Shown: positions 42,486-51,932 of the stretch, piece after piece
How the letters are laid out: the number at the start of each line of letters is the position of its first letter
Numbering within the stretch: the first letter of the stretch is position 1
Source: an uncultured Clostridia bacterium
GTDB taxonomy: Bacteria > Bacillota > Clostridia > Oscillospirales > JAAYOS01
Assembly: GCA_947630675.1 (NCBI GenBank)
Contig: CANRIN010000001.1
Location: forward strand, 69,361-133,360
Length of the DNA stretch: 64,000 nucleotides
Direction of reading: 5' to 3'
Translations under genes and position numbers: made by a program
Notes under the pieces: model-generated
Told to the model about the DNA's origin: nothing
Database searches by the model: none
What the model saw: the letters and a program-made list of their open reading frames with translations, nothing else

Positions 42486-43237
42486 ACATGCTCGGGCGAA
42501 TGAATCGCCCTGCGCAAAATCGCCGCAAGCGGCGATATTTAACCGCGCGAACAGGCGCGGTGCGGCTTCGCCGCTTGTAACGCGCCCTCGCTCTTGAAAT
42601 CGCTCAATGCCGCACGCACTACAAATAATCAGGTCCGACCTCTTGGCGCGTTTCGAGCGAAGCGTCGCAACATCGCGGAGCCCAATTCCGTACTGTGTTC
42701 GGCTTTGCCGCGAAGCGGTAAAGCTCACGAGGGCTGAATATGTTCCGATGCAGAATTTGTGGGCGCCTCGTGTTCCGTACGAGCATTTCAATCAAAGGGG
42801 TCCCCAAACGGCGCTGTGCGCCGCACCGCCCTACAATGCGCTCAATGTCGGGCAATATTCGCGGAGCGAATATTGCAGGCGAAAGCAGTAGAGTGTCGGT
42901 TGAAGAACTGGTTTGCGCTTTCGCTGTTCGCACGGTTGAAGTTGCTTGCCAATGGCAAGCAACTTCGCGCAGGCAAATTCTGTACAGTGTTCGGCTTTGC
43001 CGCGAAGCGGCAAAGCTCACGAGGGCTGAATATATGCCGATGAGGAATATGTCGGCGCCCTCGTGTTCCGCACGAGCATTTAGATTTAAGGGGTCCCCAA
43101 ACGGCCTCTGGCCGTACCGCGCCGGTTCGCGCGGTTAAATTCGGCGCGAAGCGCCGAATTTGCGCAGGCGGAATTCATTTCCGCCGAGCATTTTAATCAA
43201 AAGGGGTCCCCAAACGGCCTCCGGCCGTTTGGGGAAA
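42441..43237. repeat. Largest mosaic of the hairpin-module repeat family (locus C)
   Basis: It contains one half copy (42690-42800) and one full copy (42825-43095) of the ~270-bp core, plus modules in a different order and orientation from locus B. There are three CCCCAAACGGC.. hairpin variants. Confidence 0.85.
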
Positions 43238-43276
43238 CCAGAACAAAAAGCAGCCAAAGGCTGCTTTTTGTTCTGG
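43238..43276. terminator. Terminator hairpin downstream of tRNA-Leu
   Basis: CCAGAACAAAAAGCAGCC-AAA-GGCTGCTTTTTGTTCTGG. Confidence 0.65.
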
Positions 43277-43360
43277 TACCGGAGACCGGGGTCGAACCGG
43301 CACGTCCTTGCGGACAGCGGATTTTAAGTCCGATGCGTCTACCAATTACGCCACTCCGGC
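43274..43360 (-). tRNA. tRNA-Leu (anticodon UAA)
   Basis: The reverse complement is GCCGGAGTGGCGTAATTGGTAGACGCATCGGACTTAAAATCCGCTGTCCGCAAGGACGTGCCGGTTCGACCCCGGTCTCCGGTACCA. It has a long variable arm, the CTTAAAA anticodon loop, and an encoded CCA. Confidence 0.9.
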
Positions 43361-43572
43361 ATATTCACGTTTTGCGCCCTGCCGTCCGAAGATTCCGGCG
43401 GCAAGCGTACCGCCCGGCGGAGTCCGGCTCCGCCGACGCTATTATACTTTACCACACGTGGCGGGCATTTGTCAACTTGGGGCGAGATGCGGCGGAAAAA
43501 TCAGTGGAAAAATCCGCGCCCGTGTGGTACAATTATCCTGTCATTATCGGATAAAATGCGGAGGTGGCTGAA

Positions 43573-44607
43573 ATGCCGTCGCTCGGTTATCTTTTCGGGC
43601 GGATACGCTCGATGAATACAAAAAACATGCGCCTCGCCGCAAGGCGTATCGCGAAGGAGGCGCACCGCCACGCGCTCTTTGTCCTCTCGGACATGGCGTG
43701 GTGCGGGTTCCGCTACGGCGCGGGATATATGGACTACGAGCTCTTCCGCTTCTGGGAGAAGAGCGGCCGTCAGCGCGCCACCTACCTCACGCGCGGACGC
43801 AACAACGAGTACGTCAAAGCCCTGAACGACCGGGAGTACTGGAAGCTCTTCGAGGATAAGCCGCTCTTTCTCGAGCGGTTCCGCGACTACTGCCCGCGCG
43901 AGTGGCTGGACATCCGCCATGCCGACGCGGACGAGCTCGAGCGGTTCGGTACGCGGCTCGGTGAGTTCATAGCAAAGCCTCCGGACGCGAGCCACGGGGA
44001 CGGCGTGGAGAAAATATCCGCCTCCGCCGTGGACGACTGGACGGCGCTCCACGCCCGCCTCACGGAGAGCGGTTCCACGCTCTGCGAGGAGGTCGTGCGG
44101 CAGCACGACGACGTGAACGCGATATGTCCCGGCTCGGTCAACACCGTGCGGTTCGTGACGCTCGTGAAGGACGGCGTGCCGCACATCGTCGCGGCCTACC
44201 TCCGCGTGGGCGGCGGGAAGAGGCCGGTGGACAACTTCAACGGCGGAGGAATGGTGACCGTCGTAAACCGTGAGACCGGCGTGATACTCTATCCAGCCGT
44301 CGCGAAGGCCGGCGTGGTGTATGCGGAGCATCCCGTGACCGGTAAGCATTTTGCGGGGACGCAGCTTCCGATGTGGGAGGATTGCCGCGAATTCGTCCTC
44401 CGCGCCGCCGTGGAGGTGCCGGAGGTGAAGTACGTCGGCTGGGACGTTGCGATAACGCCGGAGGGACCGACCTTCGTGGAGGGGAACCACTACCCCGGCC
44501 ACGACATCTACGGCCTCGAGCCGCATTCGCCGGACGGGTGCGGCGTGCTGCCCGACTGGGAGGCCGTCTACACCCTGAAAGAGCTGAAGAGGATACGGAA
44601 GAAATAG
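43573..44607 (+). CDS. Sugar-transfer-associated ATP-grasp family protein
   Basis: 344 aa. N-terminal region ...DMAWCGFRYGAGYMDYELFRF......R.TY.T...N......LN, and an ATP-grasp core (..KP.D.S.G.GV.K......VN.VR.VT.....G...N...GG). Confidence 0.65.
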   Translation: MPSLGYLFGRIRSMNTKNMRLAARRIAKEAHRHALFVLSDMAWCGFRYGAGYMDYELFRFWEKSGRQRATYLTRGRNNEYVKALNDREYWKLFEDKPLFLERFRDYCPREWLDIRHADADELERFGTRLGEFIAKPPDASHGDGVEKISASAVDDWTALHARLTESGSTLCEEVVRQHDDVNAICPGSVNTVRFVTLVKDGVPHIVAAYLRVGGGKRPVDNFNGGGMVTVVNRETGVILYPAVAKAGVVYAEHPVTGKHFAGTQLPMWEDCREFVLRAAVEVPEVKYVGWDVAITPEGPTFVEGNHYPGHDIYGLEPHSPDGCGVLPDWEAVYTLKELKRIRKK

Positions 44608-44618
44608 GAGAGACTACG

Positions 44619-45347
44619 ATGGAATACCTTTCACAGGCGGCGCTCGATCTGCTCGTGGAGAACCGGCTGAGCGACTCCAAGCAGTTCTACGAGGAGCACA
44701 AGCCGGAGATAGAACGGCTCGTCCGCGAGCCGATGTTTGAAATTATCGAGGAAGTCGTGCCGGTCCTGCAAAAGCTCGACCCGGAGATAATCCTCGCGCC
44801 GAAGCGGCAGATCTCGCGGATACGCCGGGACACGCGGTTCACAAACGACAAGTCGCTCTACCGTGCGAACGTCTGGTGCTGGCTCGGCAGGGACAAGCGC
44901 GAGTACGACAACTTTCCTCGCTTCTTCTTTGAGGTCACTCCGGGATACGTCTGGTGGGGCTGCGGGCTGTACTTTGCGGACGGCGCGATGTTTGACAGCT
45001 ACCGCGAGATGATACTCTCGCGCGACCCGCTGTTCCTCGCGGCAAAGGAGTCGCTCGAGGGGCAGAAGCGCTTCCGGCTCGACACGGACGATATGTTCAA
45101 GCGGACGAAGTATCCGTCCGAACCGGAGGACATACGCGTGTGGCTCGACCGAAAGTCGATATACGTCTCGCACACCGAGAACTATGTCTCGATAGCGTTC
45201 GGCGATAAGCTCGTCCGCGCGCTCAAGCGTGACTTCCCGAAGCTGAAGGCGTACTACCGCTTCCTTACGGCCGCCTACGAGCGGAGAAAGACGCCGGAGA
45301 CGCTGCGCCCCTGGTCCCCGCACAGGACGGAGGACGACGAGTGGTGA
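44619..45347 (+). CDS. DUF2461 (TIGR02453) family protein
   Basis: ...L..N....W....K..YE..V..P......E........D......PK..ISRI.RDTRF..DKS.Y. Confidence 0.75.
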   Translation: MEYLSQAALDLLVENRLSDSKQFYEEHKPEIERLVREPMFEIIEEVVPVLQKLDPEIILAPKRQISRIRRDTRFTNDKSLYRANVWCWLGRDKREYDNFPRFFFEVTPGYVWWGCGLYFADGAMFDSYREMILSRDPLFLAAKESLEGQKRFRLDTDDMFKRTKYPSEPEDIRVWLDRKSIYVSHTENYVSIAFGDKLVRALKRDFPKLKAYYRFLTAAYERRKTPETLRPWSPHRTEDDEW

Positions 45348-45387
45348 CCGGCCCGTCGCAGGCCGCATCTGACAAAGGAACGAGTTT

Positions 45388-45963
45388 ATGGTGGAAATAG
45401 TCATACTTGCCGTGATCGCCGCGCTCTCGGCATGGAAGTCGCGTGAGTTTGCGCGGCAGGGCGTGCGCGGGATGTGCGCGGCGGCGATACTCACGGCGCT
45501 CGCGAGCCTCGGGCGCGCGCTGTTTGCGGGCATACCCTCGGTCCAGCCCGCGAGCTTTATAATAATGCTCTGCGGCGCGGCGCTCGGCGGAGGCGCGGGG
45601 CTGTACTGCGGGATACTTACGGCTGTGCTCTCGAACCTGCTGATAGGCTCGGTAGGGCCGTATACCGTGTGGCAGATGTTCTTCTGGGGCGTGATGGGTC
45701 TCTTGTCGCCCCGCCCGATGAATGCCGGCGCCGCGGTGAGGACGATATACGGCTTTGCGTGGGGCTTTGTCTTCGGATGGGGAATGAACCTCTGGTATCC
45801 GCTCGCGGGATTCATCCCGCTGAATGCGGTGAGCTTCCTCACCTCCTGCGTGTCGAGCTTCACCTTCGACCTCGCGCATGCGGCGACGAACGCCGCCCTC
45901 TGTCTCGCCGCGGGCGGGACGAGCATGCGCCTTGTGATGAAATTGGTGAGGCGGGACGGCTGA
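45388..45963 (+). CDS. Small polytopic membrane protein, probably an ECF-transporter S component
   Basis: 191 aa, 5-6 TM. ...IPSVQPASFIIML.G...G...G...G.LT...SNLL.G.GP.T.WQMF.WG..G. Confidence 0.5.
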   Translation: MVEIVILAVIAALSAWKSREFARQGVRGMCAAAILTALASLGRALFAGIPSVQPASFIIMLCGAALGGGAGLYCGILTAVLSNLLIGSVGPYTVWQMFFWGVMGLLSPRPMNAGAAVRTIYGFAWGFVFGWGMNLWYPLAGFIPLNAVSFLTSCVSSFTFDLAHAATNAALCLAAGGTSMRLVMKLVRRDG

Positions 45964-46051
45964 AAAAAGCATTGCATTACGCCCGCATAAGTTGTATCAT
46001 AATAGAAGAAACTGACATGGGCCGGGCGGACTTTTCCGCAAACCGAAGGGA

Positions 46052-47323
46052 GTGAGCAGAGACGTGGAGAAGATAACGAAGCGCAGCGCGTTTCTTATAA
46101 ATCTGCTGTACTTTGCCGCGGTGGTCGGGATCGTCCTGCTGGTGCTCCGCTACGCGGTGCCGTGGCTCATGCCCTTCATAATAGGCTTTGCCGTTGCCAT
46201 GATATTCCACCCGCTCATACGCTGGACGGCAAAGAAGCTGCACGCCCCGCGCAAGGCGGTCGCGTGCGTGATAGTCCTGCTCGGCTATGTGATACTCATA
46301 ACCGGCGTGGTGTTCGGCACCATCGAGATAGTCACGCTCCTCAGCGAATTCTTCCGTGGGCTGCCGGACTTCTTCCGCGAAAACATCCTGCCGACGATAA
46401 ATCAGATAGGCAACGTCTTCGAGGGATTCTACGACAACCTTCCGCCCGACTGGGTGGCGACGATACAGACCTTCAGCGGCAGCCTGACCTCCGCCGTGGC
46501 CGACTTCGTGGCGGGGATATCCTCAAGCGGCGTCAACTTCCTCACGGGGTTCATAAGCGCGCTGCCGGGATTCCTGATAGCGCTGGTGTTCACGGTGCTT
46601 GCGAGCTTCTTCATCACAATGAACTACGACCGCACGAAGAACTTCCTCATGGCGCAGCTGAACGAGAGGATGCAGGAGATAGTCCGCGCGGTGAAGACGG
46701 CGTTCAAGGACACGGTCTTTGCATACTTCCGTGCGTACTTCAAGCTGATGGCGCTCACCTTTGTGGAGCTCGCGGTGGGACTGCTGATAATCGGCATCGA
46801 CAACGCGGTGGGCATAGCTTTCGGAATAGCGATATTCGACGTGCTGCCGGTGTTCGGAACGGGCGGCATCGTCATCCCGTGGATAGTCATAGACTTCCTC
46901 GTCGGAAACACCTTCGAGGCGGTGGGGCTGCTCGTGATGTACGGCATAATCACGGTGGTCCGCAACTTTGTGGAGCCTAAGGTGGTGGGCGACCAGCTCG
47001 GGCTCGACCCGGTGGTCTCGATAATCGCCATCTACCTCGGATTTGTGTGGTTCGGCGTCTTCGGCATGATAATAATGCCGATAGCGGTCCAGATAGCCTG
47101 CTCGCTGCACAGAGAGGGAACGATAACTCTCTACCGCGACCCGCCTCCGCTCGAGGAAGAGACGTCCTCGAAGGAAAAGAAGAGCAAGGCGCGGGCGGAG
47201 AAGCGCCGCGCAAAGGACGCTCCGTCGTCTGCGGGCGGCGCTCCGGAGACCGCAGAGCGGGACGGCGCCGGCAGTGTTGAATCGGACGAAATAAACGTAA
47301 GCAAAGAAGAAGGGAAGGACTGA
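46052..47323 (+). CDS. ytvI: Sporulation integral membrane protein YtvI (AI-2E/PerM family)
   Basis: 423 aa. ...PW.MPFIIGF..A....P.I......L...R..A...V........., with a C-terminal charged tail. The start is uncertain (GTG 46052 or 46064). Confidence 0.75.
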   Translation: MSRDVEKITKRSAFLINLLYFAAVVGIVLLVLRYAVPWLMPFIIGFAVAMIFHPLIRWTAKKLHAPRKAVACVIVLLGYVILITGVVFGTIEIVTLLSEFFRGLPDFFRENILPTINQIGNVFEGFYDNLPPDWVATIQTFSGSLTSAVADFVAGISSSGVNFLTGFISALPGFLIALVFTVLASFFITMNYDRTKNFLMAQLNERMQEIVRAVKTAFKDTVFAYFRAYFKLMALTFVELAVGLLIIGIDNAVGIAFGIAIFDVLPVFGTGGIVIPWIVIDFLVGNTFEAVGLLVMYGIITVVRNFVEPKVVGDQLGLDPVVSIIAIYLGFVWFGVFGMIIMPIAVQIACSLHREGTITLYRDPPPLEEETSSKEKKSKARAEKRRAKDAPSSAGGAPETAERDGAGSVESDEINVSKEEGKD

Positions 47324-47395
47324 CGTCCTTCCCTTCTTTACGAAACGCGCGCTTTCGTTCCTCGAACGGTTTGTAACGTCCGTGCAAATGAATAT

Positions 47396-47815
47396 CTAAC
47401 CCTCAAACGCGAGCAGATTTCCGAGCGGGACGGTAAAGCCTAATGACTGATACATTTTGATGTCGCAATCCGCGCAGCCGACAGTGAGAGAACCCGCACC
47501 GCTTTCACGATAAGCAAATCGGACCAACTGTCTTGCGATCCCTTTGTGACGATATTCCGGGGCGATGTAGAAATCTTCAAACACACCGCCTGTTTGGTAG
47601 TTAAAGGTGGAATAGGTTGGTGTTATGGAGCAGCAAGCGATCAATCTGCCCTCATCAGCGCACCCGTAAAAGATGATTTGCCCTTTTTTAATAGCCGCGG
47701 AGAGACTGTCAAAATTCTCCTCCGTAGGTATTTCTTCTCCGATCTCCTGCTTGTAACTTATATGAAGCGCTCTAAGTTCGGCCATATTATCATTCGTGAT
47801 ACGGATATATTCCAT
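47396..47815 (-). CDS. GNAT-family N-acetyltransferase, noticeably lower GC than its neighbours
   Basis: 139 aa. Motif A region FEDFYIAPEYRHKGIARQLV. Confidence 0.75.
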   Translation of the reverse strand: MEYIRITNDNMAELRALHISYKQEIGEEIPTEENFDSLSAAIKKGQIIFYGCADEGRLIACCSITPTYSTFNYQTGGVFEDFYIAPEYRHKGIARQLVRFAYRESGAGSLTVGCADCDIKMYQSLGFTVPLGNLLAFEG

Positions 47816-48057
47816 TATTCTCTCCGTTGTGCATTGATTTTGTCAAACAGTCACCCACCCGACATTTAACATTATACCACTCAAAGGCGAAAAAATCCAC
47901 CGTCCGTTACGTCGGTGGATCGAATTTTACGCCTTAAAACTCTTCCACATCGCAAAGAAAACGCTCCGGCGCAGTTAATTTCCCTATCGCTTTGCCGGAT
48001 TGTCCGCCGCGTGTGAAAATCAGCCGTTTTCACCGCACTTTTTGGCATCCGTAACGA

Positions 48058-48086
48058 TTGACATATCGAGCGTAATCCTTTATAAT
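48058..48086 (+). promoter_or_regulatory. Consensus sigma-A promoter for the MATE gene
   Basis: TTGACA, 17 bp, TATAAT. Confidence 0.55.
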
Positions 48087-48126
48087 TACTACATAAGTCT
48101 ATCTCTTGAAAGAAAGGATGGGAGAA

Positions 48127-49725
48127 ATGAGCAAGAACCCAGAGGCCTTTATGGATAAGAACGACCTTACGCAAGGCCCAATTATGAAAAAGCTGCTCCT
48201 GTTCGCACTGCCCGTCGTGGCGTCGAACCTGATAATGCAGCTTTACAACATCGCCGACTCGATAATCGTCGGCAACTTCGCGGCCAACGGCGCGCATGCG
48301 CTCGCGGCGGTCGGCGTCAGCTTCCCGGTGATGACGCTGTTCAACGCCCTCTTCATGGGCATCTCGATGGGCTCGCAGATAGTCATATCGCAGATGTACG
48401 GCGCGAGGGACTACGAGTCGCTTCAGAAGGGACTCAATACGTCGATGTCGCTGGCGTTCGCGATGGGTCTTTTCATCACGGTCGTCGGTACGCCGCTCGC
48501 GGGTCCGCTGCTCCGTATGCTGAACACCCCGAAGGAGCTCATCAACGACGCGACTATTTACCTCGTCGTCGTCTTCCTCGGAATGCTCGGAAATGTCTAC
48601 TTCAACCTCGGCTCCGGCGCTCTGCGCGGCATGGGCGACAGTAAGTGGCCGCTCTACGCGATGATAGTCTCGTCGGTGACGAACATCGTGCTCGACCTCG
48701 TATTCGTCATAGTCTTCAAGTGGGGCGTCTTCGGCGTCGCGCTCGCGACCACCATTTCGCACTTCGCCTCCGGCATGGTGCTCGCCGTCCGTATAAATTC
48801 CGGCGCGTACCCGGTCAAGGTCCAGTTCCGCAAGCTTATCCGCCCGGACAAGGTCTCGATAAAGAACATCATGCGCCTCGGCCTGCCCACCGGCCTCCAG
48901 CAGATGGCGATGAGCCTCGGCAGCATGGTCATACAGACCTTCTCGAACGGCTTCGGCGCGGACCTTATCGCCGCTAACACCGTCATAATGAAGGCGGACG
49001 GCTTTGCCGTCATGCCGATGTTCGCGATGGGCGCCGCCGTGACCACCTTCGTAGGTCAGAACATCGGCGCTGGCCAGAAGGAACGCGCGAAGAAGGGCGT
49101 CCACTCCGGCATACTCGCGGTGACTATAATCGGACTTGTCGTCGGCGTCGCGCTCTGGTTCTGCGGCGGACTCATAATGGAGCTCTTCGGTATCGAGCCG
49201 GGCAACGACATAATGACGATGGGCGTCAACGGCGTCCGCATACTTGCGTTCTTCTACTGCTTCATGGGCATCGACGGCTCGATAGCCGGCGCGCTCCGCG
49301 GAGCCGGTGCGGCGATCCCGCCGATGATAACGGCTATCGCCTCCAACCTCGCGCGTATACCGCTCACTTACTTCCTCGCCGTCCGTCCGCTGAACGCGGC
49401 GGTCGAGAAGCTGATGAGCGCGGTGCCGCTCGATCCGAGAATACTCGGGCGCGCGTCCCAGTACCTTACCAAGCTCAATGAGGACGGTACGCCGATGTAT
49501 GACAGCTTCGATGAGGCAAAGCAGGCGGCGGGCGTCTCCATAGCGAACATGGACCATAGCATCTACCGAATGCTGTTCGTGTCGATGGCGGCGTCGATGG
49601 TGCTTGGCGCGCTGCTCTCCTTCCTCTACTTCAAGTTCGGAAAGTGGCAGGACAAGGGCATCACCGTTCAGAGCAAGCTTGCCGATAAGAACGCCGAAGA
49701 GGCAAAGGCAAATACAAACCAATAA
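48127..49725 (+). CDS. MATE-family efflux transporter with a ~55-aa hydrophilic insertion before the last TM
   Basis: ...LTQGPIMKKLLLFALPVVASNLIMQLYNIADSIIVGNF.G..ALAAVG.S.P. 532 aa. Confidence 0.85.
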   Translation: MSKNPEAFMDKNDLTQGPIMKKLLLFALPVVASNLIMQLYNIADSIIVGNFAANGAHALAAVGVSFPVMTLFNALFMGISMGSQIVISQMYGARDYESLQKGLNTSMSLAFAMGLFITVVGTPLAGPLLRMLNTPKELINDATIYLVVVFLGMLGNVYFNLGSGALRGMGDSKWPLYAMIVSSVTNIVLDLVFVIVFKWGVFGVALATTISHFASGMVLAVRINSGAYPVKVQFRKLIRPDKVSIKNIMRLGLPTGLQQMAMSLGSMVIQTFSNGFGADLIAANTVIMKADGFAVMPMFAMGAAVTTFVGQNIGAGQKERAKKGVHSGILAVTIIGLVVGVALWFCGGLIMELFGIEPGNDIMTMGVNGVRILAFFYCFMGIDGSIAGALRGAGAAIPPMITAIASNLARIPLTYFLAVRPLNAAVEKLMSAVPLDPRILGRASQYLTKLNEDGTPMYDSFDEAKQAAGVSIANMDHSIYRMLFVSMAASMVLGALLSFLYFKFGKWQDKGITVQSKLADKNAEEAKANTNQ

Positions 49726-49736
49726 AGAACATCGTA

Positions 49737-49774
49737 AGCTCCCGTTCGGTATTTCCGAACGGGAGCTTTTGTTT
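49737..49774 (+). terminator. Rho-independent terminator
   Basis: AGCTCCCGTTCGG-TATTT-CCGAACGGGAGCT followed by TTTGTTT. Confidence 0.75.
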
Positions 49775-49847
49775 GCGCCGCATCACCCAAGGCAGGAGGA
49801 GCATACGGCGCTGATAACGTGAACTTGGACCGGCGTTATCTGTGAAC

Positions 49848-49876
49848 TTGCGACGGTCGAACCGATGTGCTATAAT
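49848..49876 (+). promoter_or_regulatory. Sigma-A promoter candidate
   Basis: TTGCGA, 17 bp, TATAAT. It is preceded by a GTGAACTTG direct repeat (49820, 49843). Confidence 0.45.
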
Positions 49877-49955
49877 TCAAATAGTAAGACTCGGCTGCCG
49901 AAGATGACCGCATTTCGTTTCGGCGCGGAGCTATACCTCAAGAGGCGGTGATGAG

Positions 49956-50603
49956 ATGTACATTCCCGACGGGATACTCAAACGAAAGCTCGCAAACGTC
50001 TGCTTCCTATGGGGCAGGGGAAAGACTACAATAGCAAACATTCTCCGCGAGAGGTACGGCGCCGCCGTCTACTCCACCGACGACGCGCGCGACCGCCTTT
50101 ACGACATAGCGGACCCGTCCGAGCAGCCGTATCTCTGCCGCGACTACAATGAGGAGTACGGCGTCCGCAGCTTCTGGGAGCTTCCGGCAGAGGTGATAGC
50201 CGACCGCGAGCAGCACGTCCTCCGGGAATTGACGCCGTTCGTGATGGCGGAGCTGTTGCCGCTCGCGGAGCGGAACGCGCTCGTGATATGCGAGGGGGAT
50301 CTGGACTACGAGGCGGCGGCACAGGTGGCGACCTGCGCCGTATGGCTCCGAAACCTCGGAACGAAGTTCGACTGGTTTGACCGCCCCGACCACGGCGGGC
50401 TGGAGGGGATACGCGCAAGGACGGATCTCACACCGGAGGAGATCGAGGCGATAGTGGCAAACGCCTACCGCGCGGTGTCCGGCGCGGAGCAGATCCTGCC
50501 CGAGTGGACGGCGCGGCTCGGCGTGCCGCATATCGACTGGGACGACGAAGTGACGCCCGAGCAGACGGCGCGCGAGACGGCGGCGCTTTTCGGGCTGGGC
50601 TGA
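49956..50603 (+). CDS. Hypothetical protein with a degenerate P-loop (possible small kinase/NTPase)
   Basis: 215 aa. FLWGRGKTTIANIL near the N-terminus. No other motif was recognised. Confidence 0.4.
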   Translation: MYIPDGILKRKLANVCFLWGRGKTTIANILRERYGAAVYSTDDARDRLYDIADPSEQPYLCRDYNEEYGVRSFWELPAEVIADREQHVLRELTPFVMAELLPLAERNALVICEGDLDYEAAAQVATCAVWLRNLGTKFDWFDRPDHGGLEGIRARTDLTPEEIEAIVANAYRAVSGAEQILPEWTARLGVPHIDWDDEVTPEQTARETAALFGLG

Positions 50604-50604
50604 C

Positions 50605-51050
50605 CGCCGCTCGGATGATACAATGCCCCCAAACGGCGCTTTCGCGTCGTTCCGCTCTATAACGTGCTCAATGTCGGGCAATATTTGCAAAGCAAATATT
50701 GCGGGCGAAAGCAGTAGCGTGTCGGATGAAGAATAGGTTTGCCCTGTCTGTTATTCAGAGTTGGGCTCTGCTTGCAAAGCAAGCAGAGCTGGCGAGGGCA
50801 GTATAATGTCAGAATAAGGAAAAAGTTGAAGCCCTCGCGCTCGCTTGTTTCGCAGCGGTTGAAGTTAGCGGCGGAGCCGCTAACTTCGCGCAGGCGAATT
50901 ATATCAATGTCCGGCTTTGCCCGCGAAGCGGGTAAAGCTCACGAGGGCTGAAAGTGTTCCGATGAGGAATATGTCGGCGCCCTCGTGTTCGGGAGCGAGC
51001 ATTTCAATCGGAAGGGGCCCCAAACGGCGCTTTCGCGCCGTTTGGGGGGA
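50605..51050. repeat. Copy of the hairpin-module mosaic (locus D) with extra internal modules
   Basis: The core ends match loci B and C (GTCGGGCAATATTTGCAAAGCAAATATTGCGGGCGAAAGCAGTAG... and ...GGCTTTGCCCGCGAAGCGGGTAAAGCTCACGAGGGC..GCCCTCGTG..GAGCATTTCAATCGG). The middle carries additional hairpins (CTCTGCTTGCAAAGCAAGCAGAG, GAAGTTAGCGGCGGAGCCGCTAACTTC). Confidence 0.85.
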
Positions 51051-51182
51051 TAAGCCCACGCGCCCGTCTTGCGGTTTTCCCTCGGATGTGCTACAATTCA
51101 GTCGGGATATTCGACCGCCCGGGCGGAATATCGAGCTCGGACGGGCAGTAGTATGGTAATACCGAACCGACGGAGGTGCCGA

Positions 51183-51932
51183 ATGGGACTCTTCTCCTTC
51201 TTCAGAAAGAAAAAACCGGCGGAGAGCGAAAAGACGCTCGCCGCCGTGATACTTGCCGCCGGCTCGTCCGAGAGGATGGGCGGCGCGGATAAGCAGTTCC
51301 TGCCGATAGACGGAGTGCCGGTCCTCGCGCGGACGCTGCTCGCGTTCGAGGCCGCGCCCTCGGTTAAGCGGGTGGTAGTCGTCACGCGCTCGGAGAGCGT
51401 CATTGCGGTGCAGGACCTCTGCCGCGAGTACGAGATACGCAAGGTCACGGAGATAGTGGCGGGCGGCGCGACGCGGCTCGAGAGCGGCCTCATCGGCGCG
51501 GACGCGGCGGGGGACTGCGGATATATAGCGGTCCACGACGGCGCGCGTCCGCTCGTCACACCGGAGCTTATAGAGCGCGTATACGCAGCTGCAAAGGCGC
51601 ACTCGGCGGCGATACCGGGCGTTCCGGTGACCGACACCGTCAAGCGCGTGGAAAACAAGCTCACGGCGAAAGGAGCTCCGCCGCGCGATGAGCTCGTTGC
51701 CGTTCAGACGCCGCAGATATTCGACGCTGCCCTGCTGCACGGCGCGCTCCACAGGGCGGCGGCCTCCGGCGGCGAGTTCACCGACGATGCGTCCGCCGTG
51801 GAGGCGATGGGAATGAGTGTCTACGTCGCGGAGGGCGACGAGAGGAACATCAAGATAACCCGTCCGACAGATATATACATAGCGGAGGCGCTGCTTTCGG
51901 CGGCGCGGGACGGAGCGGAGGCAGGAGTATGA
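51183..51932 (+). CDS. ispD: 2-C-methyl-D-erythritol 4-phosphate cytidylyltransferase
   Basis: [28 protein letters not shown].......V.VV......, DGARPLV, VQTPQ.F. Confidence 0.9.
   Translation: MGLFSFFRKKKPAESEKTLAAVILAAGSSERMGGADKQFLPIDGVPVLARTLLAFEAAPSVKRVVVVTRSESVIAVQDLCREYEIRKVTEIVAGGATRLESGLIGADAAGDCGYIAVHDGARPLVTPELIERVYAAAKAHSAAIPGVPVTDTVKRVENKLTAKGAPPRDELVAVQTPQIFDAALLHGALHRAAASGGEFTDDASAVEAMGMSVYVAEGDERNIKITRPTDIYIAEALLSAARDGAEAGV

Noticed and set aside
42210-43138. Several 60-190-aa ORFs on both strands inside the repeat mosaics. The same applies at 6344-7282, 19621-20161 and 50739-51159.
   Set aside because: They lie entirely in palindromic repeat DNA, overlap each other in multiple frames, and lack SDs.
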